The notes under the pieces are model-generated. The model saw nothing but the letters and a program-made list of their open reading frames with translations, did not search any database and had not been told where the DNA came from. From Candidatus Woesearchaeota archaeon (GTDB taxonomy: Archaea > Nanobdellota > Nanobdellia > Woesearchaeales > GW2011-AR9), in the NCBI GenBank assembly GCA_018696595.1, contig JABHQW010000008.1, forward strand, positions 38,484 to 102,483: a stretch of 64,000 bases of DNA, written 5' to 3'. The position numbers and the translations under genes were made by a program. Of the stretch, positions 28,433 to 37,715 are shown piece after piece (position 1 is the stretch's first letter; each line of letters begins with the position of its first letter).

Positions 28433-29169
28433 AAGAAAAAAATAAAGTTCAAAAGGAGAAAAAAGAAGAAAAAGAAAGCATTAGTACTTTCAGAAGAATT
28501 AGTAAAGACAAATACATTCTTGCAGGAATCATTACTTTCCTAATCTTTTCTTTAGGTCTAACATTTGGTTTCATATTAGAAGATTATCGTTATGGCTTAG
28601 TGGAAGAAATTAACATGGAACAAGAAGTCAAGTATTTAAGTTTACAACTCCAATATTTATATTTGGATGTTTTCAGTAATCAAGATAATTGCCCAATATT
28701 AGCTACAACTTTAAAGAAAACTGTTGAAGATTTAGATGAATCATTAAGTCAAGTTATTGCTTATGAAGAGAATAACAAAGGTTCAAAGATAGAACAAGAC
28801 TTAATTATGCGAAGATACGTATTAGATAATTTGCGTTATTGGCTTTTGTCCTTAGAAAGTAAACGTAGATGTGATCTTGACATTGTACCAATACTTTACT
28901 TTTACTCCACTGAATGCCCTTCCTGCCCAAACCAAGGGGCTGTTCTAACTTTCTTCAAAAATAAATTTGGAGAACAAGTATTAGTGTTTCCAATCAATTT
29001 AGATTTAAGACAGAAAGAACCAATGGTAGAAATAACAAAGTCACAATTTAACATCAATAAGATTCCCACTTTAGTTATTGATAACAAAAAGTATGAGGGG
29101 GTTATGCCTAAAGAAACATTGCAAAAACTGATTTGCTCTTCATTAAAGAATAAAGAAAATTGTGATTAA
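28426..29169 (+). CDS. membrane-anchored thioredoxin-fold protein (CxxC)
   Basis: N-terminal TM helix ILAGIITFLIFSLGLTFGFIL. Thioredoxin-like YFYSTECPSCPNQGAVLTFF...IPTLVID (cis-Pro-Thr region). Confidence 0.55.
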   Translation: MVEEKNKVQKEKKEEKESISTFRRISKDKYILAGIITFLIFSLGLTFGFILEDYRYGLVEEINMEQEVKYLSLQLQYLYLDVFSNQDNCPILATTLKKTVEDLDESLSQVIAYEENNKGSKIEQDLIMRRYVLDNLRYWLLSLESKRRCDLDIVPILYFYSTECPSCPNQGAVLTFFKNKFGEQVLVFPINLDLRQKEPMVEITKSQFNINKIPTLVIDNKKYEGVMPKETLQKLICSSLKNKENCD

Positions 29170-30666
29170 ATGAAACTAAAAGACAATAAAACAATCAGGA
29201 AAGTACAAAAAGAGATAGTCAATAAACCACTATTTTATTTAATCCTACTTACAATCTTAATTCGATTGTTTTATTTGTCAATGCAACATCCTTTGTGGTG
29301 GGATTCCCACATTTATATTGGAATGGGGAAGTTCATTTTTTCTCAAGGTAAAGTTGGAATCTGGGAAAGTTTTAGGCCGTTAGTTCACCCAATAATTATT
29401 GGGGCGTTCTGGAAACTAAACTTCAACCCTATCATGATTGGAAAACTATTAGATTTAGTCTTCTCAACTACCGCAGTTTACTTAACATACTTAATTGGAA
29501 AACAAACTTTTAATAAAACGGTGGGACTGATTAGCGCATTAATTTTCAGTTTAACTTCTCTTTTCATTATGTTTACAGGATTAATTCTAACTGAACCCTT
29601 AGCAATTACTTTAGCATTGTTAGGAATATACCTTTATCTTAGAGAAGAAAAAACCAGTAATACAAATAATGTAAAAGGTTATTTCTTATTAGCGATTTCA
29701 GGATTATTCTTAGGTCTTTCATTTATGACCAAATTTCCACAAGGGATAATATTTGGTGCATTGGCATTAATTCTATTATTTCGAAGAAAAAAATTAATTA
29801 AGAAATTTAAAGACCTATTCTCCATAACATTCGGATTCTTGATTCCAGTCGCCCCCTATATGATTTTTAACTATTTTAAGTACCCAAACATGTTGGAACC
29901 GTTCATCTCAGGATCATGGATTGTAACTACCTCTACCTGGGTTTATGGTACTGGAATAACTTTCTACCTAACAAATTTCTTTCTTCGCTATTGGATCTAT
30001 CTTTTCTTTTTCGTGTATATATATTTTTATTTCAAGGAAAAACATTGGCAAGACAATAAGAAAACATTTATCTTAATCACAGCAATCTTTTTTCTATTAT
30101 ACTTCATTATTCAAGTGCCAAGGAAAGAAGTAAGATACTTAACAACAATCTTACCTTTATTAACAACCTTAGTAGCCTATGCAATAATAAACATCTATCA
30201 AAAACTTAAAACAACCGAGAAACCCACATTAAGACCGTACGCTTTTGTAATTATTTGTATCATAATAACAATTGTTCATGTTCCAACTACCTTATACTCA
30301 GAGAAAGTCCCAACCTTTGAACAAGAAATCTTAATTCTTATTGATGAGTATAATATTACTAACGCAATTATGACCACAGACCCGTCATTTGTTTCATTTG
30401 TTGACCAACCAGTAATTATCTTAAGTGCTGGATTACAGTTTGGGCCACAGATTTATGAAAGAGAGAAAAGTAATTATGGGTTATTGTTTATTAATAGTTG
30501 TGATTTCATTTGTGCTCCAAATGATAGTACTTGTTTAGAAAAAAAAAACAATTTTGTGAATTTAATTTTTAGTGAGAATAAAGAGATATTTAGGAAAACA
30601 GTTAAGAATTGTACTTATTCAATCGCTTTACCAAAACCGCAAGATGGAGAATTAGCAGAAAAATGA
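29170..30666 (+). CDS. GT-C glycosyltransferase, ArnT/PMT_2 (GT39/GT83)-like
   Basis: Polytopic. First-loop motif HPLWWDSHIYIGMG, then GLSFMTKFPQG. Start is adjacent to the upstream stop. Confidence 0.7.
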   Translation: MKLKDNKTIRKVQKEIVNKPLFYLILLTILIRLFYLSMQHPLWWDSHIYIGMGKFIFSQGKVGIWESFRPLVHPIIIGAFWKLNFNPIMIGKLLDLVFSTTAVYLTYLIGKQTFNKTVGLISALIFSLTSLFIMFTGLILTEPLAITLALLGIYLYLREEKTSNTNNVKGYFLLAISGLFLGLSFMTKFPQGIIFGALALILLFRRKKLIKKFKDLFSITFGFLIPVAPYMIFNYFKYPNMLEPFISGSWIVTTSTWVYGTGITFYLTNFFLRYWIYLFFFVYIYFYFKEKHWQDNKKTFILITAIFFLLYFIIQVPRKEVRYLTTILPLLTTLVAYAIINIYQKLKTTEKPTLRPYAFVIICIIITIVHVPTTLYSEKVPTFEQEILILIDEYNITNAIMTTDPSFVSFVDQPVIILSAGLQFGPQIYEREKSNYGLLFINSCDFICAPNDSTCLEKKNNFVNLIFSENKEIFRKTVKNCTYSIALPKPQDGELAEK

Positions 30667-31517
30667 AATTCAAAGATTTTTTAGCATTAATTAGAGTGCA
30701 CCAATGGTACAAGAACTTAGTAGTTTTCTTAGCAATATTTTTTTCAGGAAACTTTTTTGATACAAACTTAATTTATTTAACAATAGTTGCATTCTTTTCT
30801 TTATCATTTGTTTCTTCTGCGGGATATATTATCAATGATTTAGTTGATTTAAAGAAGGATTTACTAAATCCCGAAAAAAGGACCAGACCTCTTGCTTCAG
30901 GTAAGGTTAAGAAGCCAACAGCAATATTCATTTCATTACTACTATTGGCAGTTAGTATTTACATGGCTCATACTATCTCAATTGCCGTAACCTATTTTAT
31001 AATCTTGCTTTTCATCTCACATCAAATTTATACCTTTTTCTTAAAGAATATTATCTTTGCAGATATTCTGTCTATTGCAACTTTCTTTGTTATTAGAGCA
31101 ATAACGGGTGCATTTGCTATTGAAGTTAAAGTAAGTCCTTGGTTAATCTTGTGTCCGTTCTTTTTATCATTATTCCTTTCGATAGGAAAACGCCAATCAG
31201 AGTTGCACTTGTTAAAAGAGAAATCAGCCCAAGCAAGAAAAGTTCTTAAGGAATATAATAAAGAATTAACAAACTCATTAATGATTATCTCAACAACATT
31301 GTTAATCATCTCTTATGCTCTTTATTCATTTCTCAGCGAACATGCAAATTTATTATACACTTTACCCTTTGCATTATTTGTAATATTCCGCTTTTATTAT
31401 TTGATTGATAAAGGATCTGAGATTGCCAGACACCCAGAAAGAATAGTTAAAGATAAAGCTATTATTGTAGGAATGATATTGTGGGCAATTGTAGTTGGGT
31501 TACTGATTTATTATTGA
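30663..31517 (+). CDS. UbiA-superfamily transferase, decaprenyl-phosphate phosphoribosyltransferase (DPPR synthase)-like
   Basis: RVHQWYKNLVVFLAIFFSG N-terminus. NDLVDLKKDLLNPEKRTRPLASG (NDxxDxxxD...RPxASG). ATGA start/stop overlap with the upstream GT-C gene. Confidence 0.7.
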   Translation: MKFKDFLALIRVHQWYKNLVVFLAIFFSGNFFDTNLIYLTIVAFFSLSFVSSAGYIINDLVDLKKDLLNPEKRTRPLASGKVKKPTAIFISLLLLAVSIYMAHTISIAVTYFIILLFISHQIYTFFLKNIIFADILSIATFFVIRAITGAFAIEVKVSPWLILCPFFLSLFLSIGKRQSELHLLKEKSAQARKVLKEYNKELTNSLMIISTTLLIISYALYSFLSEHANLLYTLPFALFVIFRFYYLIDKGSEIARHPERIVKDKAIIVGMILWAIVVGLLIYY

Positions 31518-31543
31518 AAATGTTTGAGAATATTTAACGAAAA

Positions 31544-32026
31544 CTATTTTCTCTTCCGCACCTTAATGAAATCGCCCAAAGTAAGCTCATCAGAAGGACC
31601 TTTCTTCTTTTTGTCAATCTCAACAGAACCAACCACATCTTTTTCAACCAATACTAAGTTCAATAGTCGTTCTAATTGGCGAGCAATGTTAAGCCTAGGC
31701 CTTAATGTTCCAGATTCCCATTTAGCCAAAATGCTTTCCTTCTCATTTAAAGAATTGGCAAACTCTTCTTGAGTCATACATTTTTGTTCTCTCGCTTTAC
31801 GAATTAACTGAGAATAATTCCGAACTATTCTAAATTCAGGCTTATTTTGTTGCTTAGAAAAAGATTTTCTATTTGTCCCAGATGAAAATGTTCTTGTCCC
31901 GTGTCCATAACTTTTCTTTTTAACAGTACCATATTTACTACAACCAGAACATACACTAAGCTCTCCACCTTCAATTTCTGCTAAAATAAGGTTTCCTTCC
32001 TTCCCACACATCTCACAAATTGGCAT
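31544..32026 (-). CDS. mbf1: archaeal multiprotein bridging factor 1 (aMBF1), Zn-ribbon + HTH
   Basis: CEMCGKEG...CSGCSKYG Zn ribbon. C-terminal cro/C1-type HTH MTQEEFANSLNEKESILAKWESG. A TATA-like element lies about 25-35 nt upstream. Confidence 0.8.
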   Translation of the reverse strand: MPICEMCGKEGNLILAEIEGGELSVCSGCSKYGTVKKKSYGHGTRTFSSGTNRKSFSKQQNKPEFRIVRNYSQLIRKAREQKCMTQEEFANSLNEKESILAKWESGTLRPRLNIARQLERLLNLVLVEKDVVGSVEIDKKKKGPSDELTLGDFIKVRKRK

Positions 32027-32141
32027 TTTAGAATGTAAAAACAGAACCCATATTAAAAGCTAACGGTCATAAGAACTGATTAAAGTATTACACTATAATA
32101 AATCTTATAAAGGACCCCTGCTTAAAACCAAAATAAAGGGC

Positions 32142-32148
32142 GAGGTGG
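32142..32148 (+). promoter_or_regulatory. Shine-Dalgarno GAGGTGG for the TTG-initiated aglB
   Basis: GAGGTGG lies 6 nt upstream of TTG 32155. TATA CTTATAAAGG is at 32104-32113. No in-frame ATG exists before the first TM helix. Confidence 0.5.
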
Positions 32149-32154
32149 TCTAAT

Positions 32155-35100
32155 TTGGAAGAAAAAAGACTTGAAGAAGAAAATACAAATAATACCAATA
32201 ACATTAATACTGTCAACATTACAAACGATATTATAAACAATAATCCAGAAGTTAATATTAACGATCCTGAGGTTAAAATTCTTGCTGAAGAGACTGAAAT
32301 CGCTAAAGAAGAGACCACAATAAATTTTAAAGAAAATAACCAAGAGCACAAAATAGAAGAAAGCAAAAGTAATGATAAAGAAAAGGAAAATGATGATGAA
32401 AAAAAGGCAGACAAAGATGAAGAAATTGCCTTTGACTTCACTAAAACAAAAGAAAAAATAGTTGGATTCTTTAAAACAGATAAAAAATCAAATAAAAACA
32501 AACACAAAGAACAACATCACTCTCATCATCATGAAAAAGAACAAAACTCAGAGAAAAAAGACTCTGAAGAAACTTCTTTTGATTTGAAAGAAATAAATAA
32601 TGTATTTAAGAAAAATGCTAAATGGTTAATCCCTGTTCTTCTAATCTTTATTGCAATCTTTGTATCTAGTTATTTTAGAATGATGCCTTCAGATCTTCCA
32701 ATCACAGATGCTTGGGCTGAGAATTCAGTAGACAATTTTTATAAACAACAGATACAACAACAAATTGATCAACAATATCCTAATTTACCACCACAAAACA
32801 AAGGCGCTTTAGTAGAAAAAGAGTTTCAAAACTTTCTCGATAATAATGAAGATTTAGTAAAACAACAAACCCAATCAACATCACAAGAGTATAAAAATTA
32901 TTTCAAAGATGATTCTGGACAGACCTATCTATTAGCAATTGACCCGTACTATTGGTTCGCAGAGTCAAGAAATTATGTAGAAAACGGACAATTAGGAGAT
33001 GGAACCAATTCTGAAGGAGATAGAATATTTAGTTTAAGAGGCGGAAGAGAAGATAAATCAATAACACAACTATCTTTTCACCCATTATTCCAAGGAATGT
33101 TGTTTAAAGTGTTAAGTTTCTTCAATAGAGATCTAACTTTATTACGAGTATCTTTCCTGCTACCTGCAATATTAATTGCACTATCGTTAATTCCTGCTTT
33201 CTTCATTGGAAGAAAAATTGCCGGCAATGTTGGTGGGTTTTTTGCAGCAATAATCATAGCTATTAATTCAGCCCTACTAGGGCGGACCCCCGCGGGATTT
33301 TCTGACACTGACCCCTATAACATACTTTTCCCATTAATAATTGCTTGGCTTTTCTTAGAAGCCTATACTATCAAAGAAAAATGGCAGAAACTTAGTGTTT
33401 TAGGTTTAGCTGGTTTATTCACTGGTTTTTACGCAATCTCTTGGGGTGGATGGCACAACATTGTAAATTTTATTGTTTACGCTGCCATTGCATATTTGTT
33501 ATATCAAACCTTCATTCACCGTTCAGAGTTTAAAAAAGGAATAACCAATTTCTTTAAAAATAAAGAAATTAAAAACACTTTGTTAGTTTTATTCGCATAT
33601 GTTATATCCTCTGGTATTTTTGTTACTTGGTTTAAAAGTTTCGAAGATTTTATCCGAATACCCCTAAGACCTTTTCAATTTATTTTTATGAAAGATGTTG
33701 CAGTTAAATCTATTTGGCCAAATGTTTTAACAACCGTTGCAGAATTTAACGAAATTGCATTTAGTAATATTATTGCTCAAATGGGGGGCACTCTTTTGTT
33801 TTTCATTGGTGTTCTTGGAATAGTTTTAACATTTGTTAATAAAAATAAAGAAGGCAAAAGAAGAATTCATTACGCAATTTTCTTAACATTGTGGTTTATT
33901 GGAACTGCCTACTCATTCACTCAGGGAGTGCGTTTTTCAATCTTACTTGTACCTGCGTTTGCCATCTCATTTGGAGCGGCAATAGGAATTATTTATCAGT
34001 GGACATCCGGTTGGCTTAATAAAGAACTAAAATTGAGTAAATATTTAGCTAAGGGTTTAGTTTTGTTAATCTTTTGTTTGTTATTAATTGCTCCAATCAC
34101 ATCAGCAGATAAGATTGGAAAAAGTGAAATCCCAAGTATGAATGATGCCTGGTATAGTACCCTCACAAAAATTAAAGACACTTCAAATGATGCAATGATT
34201 ACTTCATGGTGGGATTTTGGCCATTGGTTCTATGCAATTAGTGAAAGAAGAGTAACATTTGATGGTGGAGACCAAGGAGAAAGAATTCATTGGGTTGGAA
34301 AAACCTTGCTTACTGATGATGAACAAGTTTCAGTAGGATTATTAAGAATGCTAAATTGTGGACAAGAAAAACCGGTACATATACTAGAAGAATTTTTAGA
34401 AAATGATGCAGTTAAAGCAGTAGACGTTCTTAATAAAATAATGGTAGTTAATGATAAAAAAGAAGCAATAAAAATATTGAAAAATGAAGGATTAACAACA
34501 GAACAGATTGCAGAAGTAATCAAATTAACTTATTGCGAAGACTTAATTGATCAGTATTATATTACTTCTGAAGATATGGTTGGAAAAGCTGGAGTCTGGG
34601 GCCATTTTGGTAGTTGGGATTTTAACAAAGCACTAATGTACCAAACAGTTATTAAAGACAAAGATAACGGAAAACAGATTTTAATGAACCAGTTTGGTTT
34701 AGATGAAGAAAAAGCAGACCAATATTATTACAATATTATCAATACGGATGCTGATCGATGGATTGCACCATGGCCGGGCTATCACACTGGAATAAAAGGA
34801 TGTGACTTGGTTTCAGGAACATCACAATTAAGTTGTTCTAACTCTGTCCAAGGACAAAATATAAATTTCTTGATAGACTTAAACACATACCAAGTTAGTA
34901 TAGAAGGTAATCCTAACGTTGTCCCAAACAGCATTGTTTACGCAACTAAAGAAGGAATAAAAGAGAAAGAACTTGAAGGGCAAAAGTTGGGTTCTTCCTT
35001 AGTTTTAATCCCAAATGGAGAAGGTTATAAAATTCTACTTGCCGACCCATTACAAGCAAATAGTATGTTCACAAAGCTATTTTACTTTGAAGGACATGGA

Positions 35101-35532
35101 TTAAAATGTTTCAATAAATTTGATGACCAACAACAAATGACTGGGGGTGGAAGAATAATTACTTGGACTGTTGATTTTAATTGCCAACAAGAAAACAGTA
35201 TCTTTTTTCTTCCAAAACCACTAAAAGAAGAAGTTAATGCTGCCCACATCTTAATTTCAACAGAAGATAAGAGTGAAGAAGAAGCATTAATATTAATTCA
35301 AGAAATAGAAAGTCAAGCAACAATAGAAAGTTTTGCAGAACTAGCCAAAAAGTATTCACAAGATCCAGGAAGCGCAGTTAATGGTGGAACTTTAGGGTGG
35401 TTTGGAAAAGGATTAATGGTGCAAGAATTTGAAGAAGCTACTTTTTCACTAAATATTGGAGAGATTTCCAAACCAGTAAAAACACAGTTTGGGTATCATT
35501 TGATTTATTTAGTTGATAAGAGAATGAGTTAG
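32155..35532 (+). CDS. aglB: oligosaccharyltransferase AglB (STT3 family) fused to a C-terminal parvulin-type peptidyl-prolyl isomerase
   Basis: The first ~155 aa form an N/E/K/H-rich low-complexity tail. The polytopic STT3 body carries DPYYW (loop 1), GFSDTDPYN and WWDFG (aa 685-689, nt 34207-34221). C-terminal aa ~1027-1122 read VNAAHILI...DPGSAVNGGTLGWFGKGLMVQEFEEATFSL..GEISKPVKTQFGYHLIYL, a PpiC/parvulin rotamase pattern. Confidence 0.85.
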   Translation: MEEKRLEEENTNNTNNINTVNITNDIINNNPEVNINDPEVKILAEETEIAKEETTINFKENNQEHKIEESKSNDKEKENDDEKKADKDEEIAFDFTKTKEKIVGFFKTDKKSNKNKHKEQHHSHHHEKEQNSEKKDSEETSFDLKEINNVFKKNAKWLIPVLLIFIAIFVSSYFRMMPSDLPITDAWAENSVDNFYKQQIQQQIDQQYPNLPPQNKGALVEKEFQNFLDNNEDLVKQQTQSTSQEYKNYFKDDSGQTYLLAIDPYYWFAESRNYVENGQLGDGTNSEGDRIFSLRGGREDKSITQLSFHPLFQGMLFKVLSFFNRDLTLLRVSFLLPAILIALSLIPAFFIGRKIAGNVGGFFAAIIIAINSALLGRTPAGFSDTDPYNILFPLIIAWLFLEAYTIKEKWQKLSVLGLAGLFTGFYAISWGGWHNIVNFIVYAAIAYLLYQTFIHRSEFKKGITNFFKNKEIKNTLLVLFAYVISSGIFVTWFKSFEDFIRIPLRPFQFIFMKDVAVKSIWPNVLTTVAEFNEIAFSNIIAQMGGTLLFFIGVLGIVLTFVNKNKEGKRRIHYAIFLTLWFIGTAYSFTQGVRFSILLVPAFAISFGAAIGIIYQWTSGWLNKELKLSKYLAKGLVLLIFCLLLIAPITSADKIGKSEIPSMNDAWYSTLTKIKDTSNDAMITSWWDFGHWFYAISERRVTFDGGDQGERIHWVGKTLLTDDEQVSVGLLRMLNCGQEKPVHILEEFLENDAVKAVDVLNKIMVVNDKKEAIKILKNEGLTTEQIAEVIKLTYCEDLIDQYYITSEDMVGKAGVWGHFGSWDFNKALMYQTVIKDKDNGKQILMNQFGLDEEKADQYYYNIINTDADRWIAPWPGYHTGIKGCDLVSGTSQLSCSNSVQGQNINFLIDLNTYQVSIEGNPNVVPNSIVYATKEGIKEKELEGQKLGSSLVLIPNGEGYKILLADPLQANSMFTKLFYFEGHGLKCFNKFDDQQQMTGGGRIITWTVDFNCQQENSIFFLPKPLKEEVNAAHILISTEDKSEEEALILIQEIESQATIESFAELAKKYSQDPGSAVNGGTLGWFGKGLMVQEFEEATFSLNIGEISKPVKTQFGYHLIYLVDKRMS

Positions 35533-35578
35533 AATTTCACAACCCTTATAAATTAACTTTTTAATTTTTATTATTATC

Positions 35579-36229
35579 ATGAACTACGTAGTTATTCCAG
35601 CACATAACGAAGAAAAGCATCTCGAACAAGTAATTGATACAACAAAAAAAAATTGTGAGAATATTATTGTTGTTGATGATGGTAGCAAAGATAAAACTTC
35701 GGAAATTGCTAAAAAGAAAGGGGTTTTATTGTTAAAATTAAAAGTTAATTTAGGTAAAGGTGCAGCATTAAAAACAGGGTGTGATTATGCTTATATCAAT
35801 GGAGCTAAAAAGATAGTAGTAATGGACGCCGATGGCCAACATAATCCCAACCAAATACCATTATTCTTAAACAACCTTGATAATCATGACATTATTTTTG
35901 GGTACAGACAAAGATCAAAAGACATGCCAGCCATTCTAAGATTTGGCAATTGGTTTATTAATAAAACAGTGTCCATTCTTTACAATGTTTCATTAAATGA
36001 TACTCAGTCAGGTTATAGGTCATTTACTAATAAAACATACAAAAAGATAAGATGGCAAGCTTCTGATTATAGTATGGAATCAGAAATGATTGCCAATACA
36101 GGAAAACATAAATTACGATACAAACAAATACCAATTGAAACAATATATTCAGACAATTATAAAGGCACAACAGTTATTGATGGAATTAAGATTGTCTTAA
36201 AGACAATTAGTTGGAGGTTATTAAAATGA
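35579..36229 (+). CDS. GT2 polyprenyl-phosphate glycosyltransferase (GtrB/DPM1/AglD-like)
   Basis: VVIPAHNEEKHL, VVDDGSKDKT, DADGQH. TATA CCTTATAAATT lies 25 nt upstream. Confidence 0.8.
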   Translation: MNYVVIPAHNEEKHLEQVIDTTKKNCENIIVVDDGSKDKTSEIAKKKGVLLLKLKVNLGKGAALKTGCDYAYINGAKKIVVMDADGQHNPNQIPLFLNNLDNHDIIFGYRQRSKDMPAILRFGNWFINKTVSILYNVSLNDTQSGYRSFTNKTYKKIRWQASDYSMESEMIANTGKHKLRYKQIPIETIYSDNYKGTTVIDGIKIVLKTISWRLLK

Positions 36230-36579
36230 GCACTACATTTTGGATTCAATTATTAGGGGCTATTTTTGGTATAGCTATGTCATACTTCACTTATGTTAAA
36301 TTTAAAAGAAAAGAATTAAGTTCGACAGAAGTAGTTTTTTGGACAGGCGGATGGTTATTATTAATATTAGTAGCAATTATCCCGGAGATCTTAGATCCAA
36401 TAATTGGCCCATTAAACTTTTATCGCAGATTAGATTTTTTTGTAGTTTTAGGATTTTTCTTTTTATTGGGAATTGGATTTTACAATTATAGCCTCACTAA
36501 AAAAATGGAGAAAAAAATTGAACGTTTAGTTAGAACAGAAGCAATTAATCAAAGAAAGGATGATAAAATAGAAGAATGA
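36226..36579 (+). CDS. small 4-TM membrane protein (DUF2304-like GT2 partner)
   Basis: MSTTFWIQLLGAIFGIAMSYFTYVKFKRKELS... ATGA overlap with the GT2 stop. This pairing is typical of GtrA/DUF2304-type accessory proteins. Confidence 0.5.
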   Translation: MSTTFWIQLLGAIFGIAMSYFTYVKFKRKELSSTEVVFWTGGWLLLILVAIIPEILDPIIGPLNFYRRLDFFVVLGFFFLLGIGFYNYSLTKKMEKKIERLVRTEAINQRKDDKIEE

Positions 36580-37715
36580 AAATACTATTTATTTGTGAGA
36601 ATTACTTGCCCCATTATGGGGGTGCCGAAGTTGTTTTCAAGAATCTTGCAGAATCTTATGCCATTAAAGGTCATAACGTTGCATTACTAACTCACCAAAT
36701 TAAAGGAACAAAAAAAAGAGAAGAAATGGGGGCAGTTAAGGTTATCAGAGTCCCCTCATTTAACTCCAGATATATTTTTAGTTTTTCTGCTATTCTTAAG
36801 GCAATTAAATTAGCTAAACATTGTGATGTAATCCAAACAACTACTTTTAATGGAACTTTTCCTGCTTGGATAGCTGCCAAAGTTTGCCGCAAACCAATAG
36901 TAATCACTGTACATGAAGTTTGGGTTAATAAATGGAGAAAAGTGACTAGTTTTCCCCGCTGGAAATGCTTCATTCATGATTTATTAGAAAGAGCAATTTA
37001 TTTGTTACCATATGACCAATATGTTTGTGTTTCCAATGCAACAAAAAAAGACTTGCTTAAATTAGGAATAAATGAAAATAAAGTAAAAACAATCTATAAT
37101 GGATTAGATTATAATTTCTGGAACAAAAATAATTTTAGTGACAAAAAGGTTCAAGAGATTAAGGAGCAACTCAATCTTAAAAAGAAAGTAGTTTATTACG
37201 CTAGTGGAAGACCCGGAGAATCAAAAGGTTTTGAAACTTTCATTAAAGCAATCCCTTTAATAAAGAGTAAAGTTCCAAATTCTTTTTTCTTATTAGCTTT
37301 GGGGTCTGTTGAAAAATACAAAAGAAAACATTTAGAATTACTGGCCTTAATAAAAAAGTTAAGAATTGAAAAAGAGATAAAAGTAATGAATTCTGTGCCA
37401 TATGAAGAATTAGGACATTATCTCAAAGCAGCCAATTATGTGGTGGTTCCTTCATTGGCGGAAGGATTTGGTTACACTACTGTTGAAGCAGTAGCAATGG
37501 AGAAACCAGTAATTGTTAGTAATGCGGGCTCACTTCCCGAAGTGGTTAGTGGTAAACACCTCATCTTTAAAAAAGGAAGCCCCATTGATTTAGCAGAGAA
37601 AGCGATACAAACAAATCAAGGCCAATACGAAAAAAGTAAAATGAAAAAGTTTTTATGGCAAAATAGTGTTCAAAGCTATTTGAGAGTTTATGAAAGATTG
37701 CTTAACCGTTTCTGA
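36576..37715 (+). CDS. GT4 (group 1) glycosyltransferase
   Basis: MKILFICENYLPHYGGAEV and EX7E motif LAEGFGYTTVEAVAMEKPVIVSN. Confidence 0.8.
   Translation: MKILFICENYLPHYGGAEVVFKNLAESYAIKGHNVALLTHQIKGTKKREEMGAVKVIRVPSFNSRYIFSFSAILKAIKLAKHCDVIQTTTFNGTFPAWIAAKVCRKPIVITVHEVWVNKWRKVTSFPRWKCFIHDLLERAIYLLPYDQYVCVSNATKKDLLKLGINENKVKTIYNGLDYNFWNKNNFSDKKVQEIKEQLNLKKKVVYYASGRPGESKGFETFIKAIPLIKSKVPNSFFLLALGSVEKYKRKHLELLALIKKLRIEKEIKVMNSVPYEELGHYLKAANYVVVPSLAEGFGYTTVEAVAMEKPVIVSNAGSLPEVVSGKHLIFKKGSPIDLAEKAIQTNQGQYEKSKMKKFLWQNSVQSYLRVYERLLNRF

Noticed and set aside
31524-31772. 82-aa plus-strand ORF.
   Set aside because: It lies antisense within the well-supported aMBF1 gene.
32088-32507. Minus-strand ORFs (139 and 75 aa) over the 5' end of aglB.
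   Set aside because: They are antisense to the low-complexity GAA/AAA-rich N-terminal tail of aglB. The S/F/L-rich translation is an artefact.
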